Assembly (NCBI RefSeq): GCF_009914755.1
Contig: NC_060927.1
Direction: 5' to 3' (one strand)
Source of the DNA: the human T2T-CHM13v2.0 reference genome, Homo sapiens
Length of the DNA stretch: 64,000 nt
The notes under the pieces: generated by a model
Told to the model about the DNA's origin: nothing
What the model saw: only the letters and a program-made list of their open reading frames with translations
Database searches by the model: none
Shown: positions 28,515 to 42,072 of the stretch, piece after piece
Layout of the letters: each line of letters opens with the position of its first letter
How positions within the stretch are numbered: position 1 is the stretch's first letter
Translations under genes and position numbers: made by a program

Positions 28515-31500
28515 TTGATTCCTCCTATCCATGAGAATAGGATGTTTTTCTATTTGTATCTTCTCTGATTTCTTTGAACAGTCTTTTGTAATTCTCATTG
28601 TAGAGATATTTTACCTTCCTCGTTAGCTCCTAGGTATTTAATTTTTTGTGTGTGGCAATTGTGAATGGGATTTCCTCCTGATTTGGCTCTCAGTTTGGTT
28701 GTTGGTGTTGTACAGGAATGCTAGAGAGTTTTGTACATTGATTTTATATCCTACAACTTTGCTGAAGTTATTTACCAGCTGAAGGAACTTTTGGGTGAAG
28801 ACTATGGGGTTTTCTAGATATAAAATCGTGAAATCATGTCATCTATAAACTGAGATAATATGACTTCCTTTCTTCCTATTTGGATGCTCTTTATTTCTTT
28901 CTGTTGCTTGTTTGCTCTGGATAGGACTTCCAATACTATGTTGAATAGAAGTGATGAGAGAGAATCCTTGTCTCACGCCTTTTCAAGGGGAATGCTTACG
29001 GCTTTTGCCCATTCAGTATAATGCTGGCTGTGAGTTTGTCAGAGGGCTGTTATTATTTTGAGATGTGTTCCTTCAATACCTAGTTTATTGAGAGTTTTTA
29101 ACATGAAGGAATGTTGAATTTTATCAAAAGCCTTTTCTGCATCTATTGAGGTAATCATGTGGTTTTTGTCTTTAGTTCTGTTTATGTGATGAATCACATT
29201 TATTGATTTTTGTATTTTGAACTAACCTTGCATCCCAGGGATGAAGCCTACTTGATTATAGTGGATTAACTTTTTGCTGTGCTGCTAGATTCGGTCTTCA
29301 AGTATTCTGTTAAGAATTTTTGCATCAGTGTTTATCAGGGATATTGGCCTGAAGATTTCTTTTTTTGTTGTTGTGTCTCTGCCAGGTTTTGGTATCAAGA
29401 TGATGCTGGCCTTTTAGAAGAGTTGGAGATAACTCCCTCCTCAGTTTTTCGGAATGGTATCAGCTGTTCTTTGTACATCCAGTAGAATTCAGCTGTGAAT
29501 TTATCAGGTTCTGGGTTTTTGTTGTTATTGTTGTTTTGTTTTGTTTTTATTTTTGGTTGGTAGGCTATTTGTTACCAGTTCAATTTCAGAGCTCGTTATT
29601 GGTATGTTCAGGGAATCAATTTCTTCCTGGCTCAGGCTTGAGAGGGTGCACGTGTCCAGGAATTTATCCATCTCTTCTGAGTTTTCTAGTTTGTTTGTAT
29701 AGAGGTGTATGTGGTAGTTTCCTATGGTTGTTTTTATTTCCGTGGGGTCAGTAGTAACATTCCCTTCATCATTTCTGATTGTGCTTATTTGGATCTTCTC
29801 TATTTTCTTCCAAATTAGTCTAGCTGGTGGCCTATCTATCTCATTAATTTTTTCTAAAAGACCAACTCCTGGATTTGTTGATCTTTTGAATGGCTTTTTG
29901 TGTCTTGATTTCCTTTGGTTCAGCTCTGATTTTTGTTATTTCTTGTCTTCTACTAGCTTTGGGGTTGATTTGTTCTTGCTTCTCTAATACTTTCAGTTGT
30001 GTGGTTAGGTTGTTAATTTGAGGTCTTTCTGACTTTTTGATGAAGGCATTTAGTGCTATGAATTTTTGTGTTAACACTGCCTTAGCTGTACAGGTCTCAG
30101 ACATTCTGGTATGTTATATCTTTGTTCTCATTATTTTCAAAGAACTTCTTGACTTCTGCCTTAATTTCATTATTTACCCAAATGTCATTCAGGAGCATGT
30201 CATTTAATTTGCATGTACGGCTTTGAGCAATTTTCACTGTGTTAACTTCTATTTTTATTGTGCTGTGATCTAACAGTGTGTTTGGTATAATTTTGGTTCT
30301 TTTAAATTTGTTGAGAATTGTTTTATGTCCAATTATGTGATTTATTTTAGAGTATTTGCCACGTGACAATGAGAAGAATGTATATTCTGTTGTTTTTGGG
30401 TGAAGACTTATGTAAAGGTAATTAAATCCATTTGATCCAATGTTGAGTTTATGTTCTAAATATGTTTGTTAATTTTCTGCCTCAATGATCTGTCTAATAC
30501 CATCAGTGGGGTGTTGAAGTCTCCCATTATTATTGTGTGGGAGCCTATGTCTCTTTGTAGGTCTCTAAGAACTTGCTTTATGAATCTGAGTGCTCCTGTG
30601 TTGGGTGCATATGTACGTAGGATACTTAAGTCTTCTTGTTGAATTGAACCCTTTACCATTACGTAATACCCTTCCTTGTCTTTTTTGATTTTTGTTGATT
30701 TGAAATCTGTTTTTTTTTTTTTGAAATTAGAATTTCAACCCCTGCTTCTTTCTGTTTTCCATTTGCTTGGTAGATTTTCCTCCATCCCTTTATTTTGAGC
30801 CTATGAGTATCATTATGCATGATATGGGTCTCTTGAACAACAGCATATCGTTGGGTCTTGCATTTTTATACAGCTTGCCACTCTGTGTCTTTTAACTGGG
30901 GCATTTAGCCTGTTTACATTCAAGGTTACTGTGGATATGTGTGGATTTGATCCTGTCATTGTGCTGTTAGCTGGTTATTGTGTTGGCATGTTTGTGTGGT
31001 TGCTTTACAGTGACACTGGTCTGTGTGTTGAAGTGTTTTTTTGTTTTTTTTTTTTTATTAGCTGGTAGCAGTCTTTCCTTTCTGTAGTTAGTGCTCCTTT
31101 CAAGATCTCTTTAAGGCAGGTCTGGTGGTAATAAAATCCCTCAACATTTTCTTATCTGAAAATAATCTTATTTCTCTTTCACGTAGCTTAATTTGGCTTG
31201 ATACGAAATTCTTGGCTGAAGATTTTTTTCTTTAAAAATGTTGAATATAGGCCCTCAATCTCTTCTAGCTTATAGGGTTTCAGCTGAGAAGTCCACTGTT
31301 AGCCTGATGGGGATCCCATTTTGGTGACTTGCCCTTTCTGTCTAGCTGCCTTTAACATTCTTTCTTTCATTTCAACCTTGGAAAGTCTGATGATTATGTG
31401 TCTTGGAGATGCTCTTGTATAGATTCTTGCAGGAGTTGTCCGTATTTTCTGAATTTGACTGTTGGCCTCCCTAGCAAGGTTGGGGAAGTTTTCATGGATG

Positions 31501-34208
31501 ATATCCTAAAATATATTTTCCAAGTGGTTTGCTTTCTTCTCTTCCCTATCAGGGGTGCCAATGATTCATAGATGTGGCCTCTTTACATAATCTTATACTT
31601 GGAGGTTTTGTTCATTTTTTAAGTTCTTTTTTCTTTATTTTTGTCTGATTGTCTTATTTCAGATCCAGTCTTCAAGTTCTGAGATTATTTATTCAGCTTA
31701 ATTTATTCTGCTGTTAATTGTTGTAATTGCATTGTAAAATTCTTGTATTGTGTTTTTCAGCTCTGCTAGACTCATTAGGTTATTTTTTTATACCAGCTAT
31801 TTTGTCCTTCAGACACTGTATCATTTTATTGTGATTCTTATTTTCATTGGATTGTGTTTTGTCAGCCTCCTGAATCTCAATGATCTTTGTTCCTATCTGT
31901 ATTCTGAATTACATTTCTGTCATTCCAGCCAGTTTGGCCTGGTTAAGAACTCCTGTCAGAGAACTGGTGCTGTTGTTTGGAGGACATATGACACTGGCCA
32001 TTTGAGTTACCAGAGTTCTTACGTTGGTTCTTTCTCATCTCTGTGTGTGAGTGTTCATTTTACTGCAGTGTAGATTGAATCCACTCAATAGACTTCCTTT
32101 CTGGATGTTTTCACTGGGCCAATGCTTTGTGTAGGGTCTTTATTTGAAGCTGACTTTTTGTCTCTGGTTTCAGTGGGGGCTATCTTAGTCAGGTATTTTG
32201 GCATTGGAGCTTTAGGGTATGATCCAGCAGTTGACACTTAGTTGGTAGATGCTTGCTTGGTTGTGTGTCTCTTCTGTGTTTCCTCACAGTTGTAGTCATG
32301 TTCCCTCTCAGTGCTCTGAAACTGGGGGTTCCTCTGCCCCTTGAGTGCTGGCAGTAGTTCATTACTTGGGACTCTTGGGCTGCCCACTGTATTTATGTTC
32401 CTTCCCTAGCTTAGAGGCAGCAGAGTAAAAAATCTTAGTGGTGGCTGTGGCCAAGGATCATTTGCTTGATTTCTAGGGGCTCCACCCCAGAGAGATGCAG
32501 GCCAGCAATCACTCAGTGCATTCAGCCCAGGATGGAGGGTTTGTGCTGTGGGCCCAAGCCAGGGCTTCCTTGTCTGGTGACAAGCTGTGTGTGTGTGTGT
32601 GTGTGTGTGTGTGCATGTGCGTGTGTGTCGGGGGGGGTGGGGTGAGACCTATGGGAGACAGACTAGCCTCCTTTCCTTGGGTCAACTTGCAGCTTGGAGT
32701 TATGGAGAAGACACTTAGGATCTTTGCTTTTTCCTTAATCTGAGAGTGGCAAAGGCAGTTCCATTGCAGAGGCCGTGGTAGAGAGGCTTTCAGTTGTCCC
32801 TAGAGGCTCTGTTCAGGGAACTGCTGAGTTGTTAGTGGCTCAATAGTTCTGACATGGGGTGGCTGGAGGCCCAGAACTGTAGGACTTGCCTGCGGATGAG
32901 ATATGGCAAAGGGCACCCATGTAATAGTCTGGCCACTTTTCTGCAGGGCTGCTGCAATATGCTTGCGACCTGCTCAAGTCCCTAGTCACCCTGGATTTTC
33001 CAGGACCTGGAGGTGTCACTAGTGAAGGCTGTGAAACAGCAAAGATGGCAGCCTGTTCCTCCTTCTGCAAGCTTTGTCCCAGGGAAACACGGACCTGTTG
33101 CTGACCCAGAGGTACCTGTAGGAAGTAGCTGGAGGCCCTGGTTGAGAGGTCCCTCCCAGTGAGAGGGAATAAGGTTGGGACCACTTAAAAAAGCAGTCTG
33201 CCCACATTTTGGTAGAGCATCTTTGCTGTGCTGGGGATTCACTTCAGCTTCTGGTTGCCTCAGACACTCCGAAGCCCAAAGGCTAGAATGGGCAAATCAC
33301 CAAAATAGCAAAGATCGTGGCCCACCCCTACCTCTGGGAGCATTGTCCTAGGCGGAATTCAGGTTGCTGTAAGCTGGAGAGCTTGGGTAGGGGTGGCTGG
33401 AGGCCCCAGTTGGGAGGCCCTGTCCAGCAACGAGGAATAGGACCAGACACCTGCTTAAAGCAGCAGTCTGGCCACATTTTGGTAGCACAGCAGTGCTGTG
33501 CTGTGCTGAGGGATCCCTTTCTCCCTGGGTTGGCTCAGACTCTCCAAAGCCAGAAGGCTGGAATGGCTAAGGCACCCAAACATCAAAGGTGGCAGCTGTC
33601 CCTCCTGCTGGGAGATCCTTCTTAGGGAGGTGCAACACTGCTACCAGTAGTTGGCTAGAATTCCAAGCCAGTGGGTCTTATCTTCTGAGGTGCCCTAAAG
33701 TGTGTCCTGTGAGCTGCTGCTGCTCAGCTCCTTCCTAGGGGTATGTACAGGAGTCTAATATCCTACTTTGCCAGAGCTGCAGCTATTTTTGCAGGAAAGC
33801 CCAAGTATCTAAAGCTCCCGGGTCTCCACACATGCCTGGGTGGCTGCTCTGCTGAGACTCCCAGTAGCTCTGTCCGTCAGACTGAAGACTGAAGGCCCTG
33901 GTGGAATGAGTGTCCAAGGGGATCTCCTGACCAGAGGGTTGCAAAAATCTGTGAGAGAAGCATGGTTTCCTGGTTGCTGCTTCCCTGGGCAGGGGAAGAG
34001 CCCTTGGCTCTGTGTTGCTCCAAGGTGGGCCATTGTCCTGTCTTGCTTTTCTTCATTCTCTGTGGGTCAAGTTGTTTTTGTGATTAATCCCAGTGCAAGT
34101 ACCTGGATGTTTCAGTTGAAGGTGTTGTGTTTATTCGCCCTTTCTGTTCCTCTCCGTGAGAGCCACACACACTAGCTGCTTCCAGTAGGCCACCTTGGCC
34201 ACTCCCCC
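28515..34208 (-). mobile_element. L1 (L1PA13-16/L1PREC2-like): 5'UTR, ORF1 and most of ORF2, 3' end absent, ORFs disrupted
   Basis: ORF2 endonuclease remnants (YAPNTGA, GDFNTPL) and a 5' end whose reverse complement reads 'gggagtggccaaggtggcc...gaagcagctagtgtg'. The 5'UTR has repeated monomers at about 32850-33620. Confidence 0.9.
32586..32643. repeat. (TG)n plus G-run within the L1 5'UTR
   Basis: Direct inspection. Confidence 0.9.
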
Positions 34209-35689
34209 TAAATTACTAACATGCATTAATTTATTTAATTTTATATAAACTCTATTTGCAATCATATTTTACAGATTAAGAAACAGAATTTGTCAATTTA
34301 AGTAGCTTACCTGAATTTGTGCAGTTCAGAAATGAAAGAGCCAGTGTTCAAGCCTTAATGTTTCTTGCTACAGAATCTATGCTCTCAACTTTCTACAGGT
34401 ATGACCATGAAAATATTAACTGTGATTATTTCCAATTGCTCATTGTCCCAGCAAGCTTTGTCCCAGGGAGGTACAGACCTGTTGTTTGAACTTTGCTGAG
34501 TTTATTTCTTCATGAATTTATTTATTCACTCATCAGCAGTTACTCAATTCAATTCATAAATCTAAAAACAATTATTTGGGTTTTTACCATGTTCAGTGTT
34601 GATACCAGGTAGTGTGTATTTTTGTACACATAGCTAGTTTATTATACCCCTCCTCATTCCAGTGAAAATTAGGGACAGCCAAAAATAAATAAATAAATAA
34701 ATAAAAATAAGAAAGAAAAGAAATATGTGGCACTTGTCCTCAAGTAGATCACAGTATGGATATAAACTCAATAATTATCATATATAAATTTTAAAAGGAC
34801 CTTAAAGATGTACAAGTGAAATGTGTTTGGCATACAGAATAGAAAAAGAGCACTTCTTGGCTCTGAAAAGCAGAGAAACATTGATGGAAGGGATGTAACT
34901 TACCCAAGCCTTGACGTGTCATCATAATTTTTAGAGGCCGAAATGCCAGGAAAACATTTCAGGCATTCTTATGCAGTACTAAGGGGATTGATTCTTGAAC
35001 CGCAAATCTTCCAGCTCTATGTCAATGTGATCCCTGAACCTCAGCCACTGATTTGCATTCAAGTGAGTCTGAGGTCCTTTTTTCTGTCTTGGTTTTGACA
35101 TCGATCCAATTGAGAGGAGAGCAATGCTTTAATTCTACTCTATTAGAAGGATTAACTAATAAAAATGGCTTCATAAGATGTATATTCTATAAAAGACATT
35201 ATTTTGTTGTAAATATTTATGGTTATTATCTATTTTCAACCCAGCTAATCTACTTAAGGACAAAAGTCACATATTTCAGCATAGCTGAAAATAGACTCCA
35301 AAGTAGTCATAGCAAAATTGGATTTTAATATGACCCGTGGAGTGTGTGGTCTTGTTAAATTTTTATTACCATGTCTCAACTATAGAGGGTCCTTAATGTA
35401 GCTCTTAAAAATAAAATCTGTAGTAATTTTACAGAACTCCAATATTTACAAGCTAAGTAGTTCGTCTCATTATTCAGAGCAGAGTGGAACACATTTTCAT
35501 GGAAGAATATAGTTCTCTCAGCTTTGTTCCACGGCCTGACCTGTCACTTAGGAACCAACTGCCACTTGAAAGACCTCAGTGAAAACGAGGTGGAAGATAA
35601 TCTTTCCACCAATAGATGGAGCCACATGAACCCAATTTTAAAATAATTTACTAAATTATCTAATCTCAAATCATCACTCAAGCAGATAC

Positions 35690-35920
35690 ATCTTTTTCTT
35701 GTTTTGTTTCCCCTTTTTCCCTCCCTCCTTCCTTCCTTCCTCCCTCCCTCCCTTCATCCCTCCCTCCCTCTCTCTCTTTCTTTCTTCTTTCTTCTTTCCT
35801 TCTTTCTTTTCTTCCTTTCTTTCCCAAGAAGACAATTTCTCTCTATCATTTTTTGTCATTTATTTTTCTTTCATTGTTTTCTTTCTCATCTGTTCATATT
35901 TTTCTTTTCTCCTTTCTTAA
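35690..35920. repeat. CT-rich low-complexity / (CCTT)n tract
   Basis: Polypyrimidine tract with ccttcc and ctct repeats. Confidence 0.85.
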
Positions 35921-38900
35921 TTAAAAAATCACATAAATATGTGTTCTTTTACTACCAAATTGTCAGAATCAGAATTTTATATTTTGAGGTGTTTTTGGTG
36001 ATGTTCTAGTCTAGTCCCTTCTGCATGTGTTACTAGGACCAAAGTCTTAGAGATTTCAGGGTCCTACAAAAATCTTGCTTTCGAATATGACTAGGTATAT
36101 AGCTGGAACCTTGAAAAAATTATTTTTCTTTCTCTCCTTTTTACAGAATAAGTTGTCTGCTTTCTGCCCCATCAAGAGAGTGTTTTCCTCTCCATAATGA
36201 GAATACTAAACATCATAGCACTATTCCTCAATGCTAATTATCTCACAAGCTGTTCACCTTCTTCCCTCAAAGAAAAAATAATAATTTGAGGGTAGGGTTG
36301 TAATGATTGTAATTCAATTATTTGCTCCACAGATACTTTTTAAGCACATTCGAGGTACAAGCAATTCATGTTGGGCATTTGTCTTTAACAGTTTTTTCTT
36401 CTAGTAGCTATTAAAGTAGCAGCAGCATAAGTAGTGAGCTGATACCACTGAGAAATGTGATAGGAACAAACGGTAGCTAAAGGAATTAGAGAAAATAAAA
36501 AGAAATCTACATACTTAGACTAAAAAGAGGGAGGGCATTAGAAAATGGCCTTTGTCATTTAAGCTGTCTAGACTTTAGGATCCCAATATCACTTAAGTCT
36601 TGGCCTTACTTACCTGAAATGTGTCACTTTAGTTTCCTAGAGAAGTCAGAATACAAAAAAGAAAAATACCTGAATTGACATCCTGAGGGTTCATATTGCA
36701 AAAGATATTGCATATGTATTTATGCAAATTATTGTGGAAGTAGAACACATTGTCTTTGTTCTTGAGGAACATTAAAGTGAAGGTGGAACCAACCCTATTG
36801 GAAAGACATAAGGACCCAAAGATTCTCCTGGAAACACAGCACACAGCCTTATACAATTGTGGTTGCCCTGAGATAGACTCAATTTATACACTCAAGTTAA
36901 ATACCTTTATGGAAGGCTAGTTATGGGAGGTGACTCACGGCGTTCAGGAAAAAAAGGGTTCAACTCATTGACAGCAAAGACTAATAATGAATTTGAATGG
37001 AAAGTCCAGAGTTTGCATGGGCAGCGCCCTGTGCTAAAGTGAAGGACCATAGCTCAGCTCTAGAGACGAATCAGCTACTCATTTACGAAGGAAGGTAAAT
37101 CATGTTTCTAGCCAGAGTATAGGGTAAGAGTTGGGACAACACGAGGCAAAATGTTTTGAACAAAGTAATGAAGGTAAGAGGAATTAATGTTTTATAATGA
37201 CTTAAGTAGCAATTTGAAATCCTACAAAAAAAACTTTCCTGTTACATTTTATTACAGAAATTTTAAAACCTACACCAAAGTAAAGCAATATAATGAGCCT
37301 CTCTGTGCCTCTTACCTTCTGATAAATTTCAATATTTTACCCAATATTTGAATGGGTATCATTGCCACTAAACATAGGAATTATTTAGGCTTCTGCTGAC
37401 GATGTGTAATTGAACAGATTATCTACAGGAATCATTTGAAAGGTATATTTTTAAGCCAGGATGGGTTTAAACATTCCAGGCAAGTCAGATCAGTTCTGCT
37501 TTCAAATTGGCTCCCCACAGACCAGAAGCAGGAACATAGTGAGAGTCAGGTTTTTGATATGAATGTCTTGCCAAAGGAGCTGACAGGAAGTAGAAAAGCA
37601 CCCATTGGGTAGTTCCTCTCACTGGCACAGATAGAAATATCATTTAAGTATAACTAAAGAAACCATACACTTCCAACAATAGTGGCTGGCTTGTAAGCAT
37701 GTTTCATATACTGAAAATGGAAATAGAACTCTACCGGATGCTGCACTGGATATTTCACCCATGCTATTTTATTTAAATCTCACAAAATCCACTGGAGGAA
37801 ACTATTGTTTTCCCATAGTACACATAAGTTAACTGAGGCATAGATCTGTTAATTCACTTATTCATGCCACACAACCGGCAGTCATGGATCTAGGGCTGCA
37901 ATCAGTTCGGTCTGATTTCCAAGTGTGTTTGTTTCTCCACATAATCAGGAAATTAGACAGAAAAACCAGGTCTTACTTTACATCACGCTGCCCAGGGACC
38001 CAATGTCAGAATGACTTCTAGGAGTGATTAAATGGACAATGCCAAGCAGTTTAGGGTGTTCTGATATTCAGAAGATGAATATGCAGTCCAGATAGGCAAT
38101 TATCTTCTTCCTCAAGAAGGTGGACTGGGGCACAATTAGAAGTTTGTGCCATTTTTACCTCACCACTTAATGTGCTTCTTTATCTTTTGTGTTTGGTTTA
38201 TATTTTCCATCAATTTTCTAATAAGGTGTCAACTTGGTGGTGAAAATGAATTTGTCCATGCATCGGTCAACATAGAACAAGCCCCAGAAAGGTGGTCCCA
38301 GATAGTGACAGAAGCAGTTCCTGGACCGGAAGACCTAGTGAACTGGACAGGTTCAACCAGGAGCAACCTAAAGGCTGGGGAATGAGGACAGCTAAGGCTG
38401 TGGCTCCATTCTCAGCTGGACTTTTCCTTGGTTGGTCTTCATTCACGTTGCCTATTATGAGGATGGCTTCCTCGTGAACTCCAAGCAGCTCCAAACAGGA
38501 AACCTGGTTTCCTCAAAATGTGGTTTGTTTACAAGTGGTGATATACGCGATTTTACATGTACATGGATAAGTTAAAAATAGTGTGGATATTGCACTGGAA
38601 AACACATAAAACATGCCTGAGCAAGATACTAATTGCCAAATAAGGATAAATTGGAAGACAAGGAGAGGAATGATGGGGACGTGCGTGTGGAAAGATGGAG
38701 AATGAAACTAGAAAAGCTAATATCACAAGGTGGCAGCCCATATGCAAGTGGCGTTTCATGGAACTTCTTCAATATGTAAGTGAAATATCTGAGGTCTGGA
38801 GAAGACAATTACCCAGGATCACACAAGAAGTTAGTTATAGGGCAATGACTAGAACTTGAGGCTTTGCTTCATAATTGAGTGACTTTTTAAAAATTCAGCT

Positions 38901-39313
38901 TCTCCCTTCTCCTTAAAAAAGAAATATTTTGTTACATACAGGTAATGCTGTACACTTTCAACATTATTCAAACCTTTATTTATATATTATTTGTTGTTTT
39001 CAATTTGATTCAGAAAAAATTTGTCTGGAAGATGTTTCATTTCATTTGAAAGAGTGCATAAATAGATCCAAATGATTAAAACCAGTTTAAAAAAATTAGT
39101 TCATGTAAGTAAAATATTTTTGAAAGAAAAAAGGTGAGGCTTTGACAGAGAGACAATGCTGTTTAATGATAAGAGGAGAGCAAAGTATCACAGGGACTCA
39201 GATAAATCCTGGTCCTCTCCAATCCACAGAAAGACTTTAAACAATGTACTTAGATTCTTGGGGTCTTGGTTTCTATAACACTGGGACAAGAATAAACTTC
39301 TTGTCAGATGTAG

Positions 39314-39390
39314 ATCAATATTACCAATATGTATATCAATATTACCAATATGTATATCAATATTACCAATACAATCAAAATTACCAATAC
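39314..39390. repeat. 21-bp minisatellite (atcaatattaccaatatgtat) x about 3.5
   Basis: Two perfect units followed by two degenerate units. Confidence 0.9.
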
Positions 39391-41474
39391 AGCTGCTGAC
39401 ACTCCATAGTTATTCAACATGTGACAGCTATTGTTATGTGTGTGATGGTGGCTCATTTATAGTAAGAGAGAGGAGAGAAAAGCTATGGAATGGTCTCAAG
39501 ACCAAGAATGGGAAGCATCTGATGTGGTACCCACAGAAAGTGGGTAAGTAGGAAGGGATGGGTGAGTTTGGGTTTTTAGAATCACTTCCAGAGGAGGTGG
39601 TAGGCATGTATGTTCTCCTTATATTGGGATTCTCAGTCTGAGAAATGAATCATTTTTATTCTTTCGGGGTATTAACTTAAGATTTCTGAGGAATATTGAG
39701 AATTTAAAAGGAAAATTCTTAGGCCAAAACCTAAATCCTAGTATCTGACTTTCATGCACCTAGTGTTGACAGCTTGTAGTGAACATTTTCAGCATCTGGA
39801 TTATATCTTATTGCAGCATATTCTAGAACTTTTATCTTTTCCACATTGAGAAAATCAGTTTTTAATAGTATTGTTTCATGTGTCTATATTTCTTTGTATA
39901 GCAGAACATAGAAATGCAAATTGCTTTTGAGGGGAGAAAATACATTTATGACTGATGCTACAAGCAGACTCCTCTCATTTAATGTACATTATTTTTAAAA
40001 TAAATACAAATACCTTCTTTACACAGATACAGCTCTTATGAGTTTGCAAAATAATTTCACGCATATTTCATTCACTTTTCATAACAGTACTGTGATGTAG
40101 GTACTACTATTCTCATTTTCTAGATGAGGCAACAAAAGCTCAGAGTTTAAGTGGTTTGGGTAACATGGCTAACAAGTAGTTGATCCAGATCATCTGACTC
40201 CAAATGAAATGTACTTTTTACTCTGCATCTTTTTTTTTCTCATTTCAATCATTCAATGTAAAATGAAACTGAAACATGTTTGCTCCTGTCCACAAGGAAT
40301 TCCCAATTTCATAGGTCATGAAACACACACACACACACAGTCGAGTGAAACATGAACAGGGAACTAGATTGAGATCACTATGAGTGGAAGTGGTCAGGGA
40401 CATATTGTAGAGTACGGAAGAAGAAAGGTAAGAATATTTTTAGAGAGTAGAAAATCAGCCACCCATTTTGGATGATTGTAATAATCAAGTTGCGCTCCAC
40501 CTCCAGGCTCTAACTCTCATCTGTAAACATGCCAAAGGGAATAGGACATTGAATTCTTGGCTGGAAATGAAACAAACAAATGAATCATCTAAAAATTCAA
40601 GGTTAGAGTAGGTTTTCATCTGATGAGAATGAGAGATATCTACATTAATGGGCTCCCTGCTGATGCAGTATCCCACAGTAACTGAATCTGGGATATCTGC
40701 CACCTTTTACCTTCTTCTACTGGCAGCCTCACTCATAACCAGAGTTTGAGAAACCAAACCATAACTTTTTCTGAGCCACTATGGAAATCATGGTGAAGGA
40801 GGAGACAAAGAAAAGGGCAGTGGATTAGAATTCAGAACTGGATTTTGTCTTTGTGTTGTGGCAACTGGATGAGTATAACTTTGAGCAACTCACTTCATCT
40901 CCCCACATTCCAGTTTCATCACCTGTGAAATGGGGCTAATGACACCTGCCTAGCCTACCTTTTTCTTAAAGAATGAATGAAGAGCCATATGTGAAAATGC
41001 CCTGAAAATCATAAAATATATAAAACATTACACAGATGTACAAATATACCTGATACATTTTTCATGATATATGATTTCCAAGGGATTCTTCTTATAAAAC
41101 CCCTTCCATTCTCGCTTGCAATTCAGCAAGCACTCCTTTAAAAATATCTTTGCCTCAGCATAATTCCCAAATTTCTGATATACACAGAGATAATTGTGAA
41201 AGTATTGTATGCAAAAACTGTTGAAAAAGAGTCACTTTCTTCAAAGCCTACTCTTCTACGAAATTGTTGGTTGTTGTTTTTAGTAGGGCTCACTATGCTA
41301 GGTGAGCATGAGCATTCTTACCAGATATATGGTTTAATGTGGAGGGTTAGGGTAGAAGTCAGTGAAGGAGGGGGAAAATTAAAACATAAAGGCTAAAGAA
41401 TATTGTTTCCTGAAAACCTGTTAAAATAAGCAAATAATAACCAATTCTGTGTGACATTTTACTCTCTACCACCA

Positions 41475-41635
41475 TGCTATTCAAAACGTGCTTTGTGCAT
41501 GGGCCACCATTGGGAGCTTGTTAGAAGTTCACATTACCGGGCCCTACTCCAGACCAACCAAATTACAATCTGTATTTTAACATGATCTTCATGTAATTTG
41601 TATGCCTAGCCTGTTCAAGTTTGAGATTCGCTGGC
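41475..41635. mobile_element. MER5A hAT MITE
   Basis: 'gggagcttgttagaa...gggccctactccagacc...atctgtattttaaca...aagtttgaga'. Confidence 0.65.
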
Positions 41636-41763
41636 CTATGAGGTACATCCAGCTACATAACGCCACCTACTTCTTAAGACTATTTTATTAAAAACAATAT
41701 TGTTAATACCTTGCCCTCCACATGGCCATGTGTGGTAGCTGAGGGATTTAAAAGTAGACTTTC

Positions 41764-42072
41764 TGCCGGGTGTGGTGGCTTACATCTATAATCCCAGCAC
41801 CTTGGGAGGGCAAAGTGGGCAGATACATGAGGTCAGGAGTTCGAGACCAGCTCGGCCAATATGGTGAAACCCCATCTCTACTAAAAATACAAAAATTATT
41901 TGGGTGTGGTGGCACGTGTCTGTAATCTCAGCTACTCAGGAGGCTAAGGCACGAGAATCACTTGAACCTAGGAGGCAGAGGTTGCAGTGAGCTGAGTGAG
42001 ATTGCACCACTGCACTCCAGCCTGGGTGACAGAGCAAGTCACTGTCTCAAAAAAAAAAAAAAAAAAAAAAAA
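41764..42072 (+). mobile_element. Alu (AluS-type)
   Basis: Full dimer with a long A-tail and TSD core actttct. Confidence 0.94.

Noticed and set aside
32850-33620. Repeated ~250-bp GC-richer units as a novel repeat
   Set aside because: They lie inside the L1 5'UTR and are explained by its internal monomer duplications.
35674-36009. K/E-rich and F/S-rich ORFs
   Set aside because: They are translations of a CT-rich low-complexity tract.
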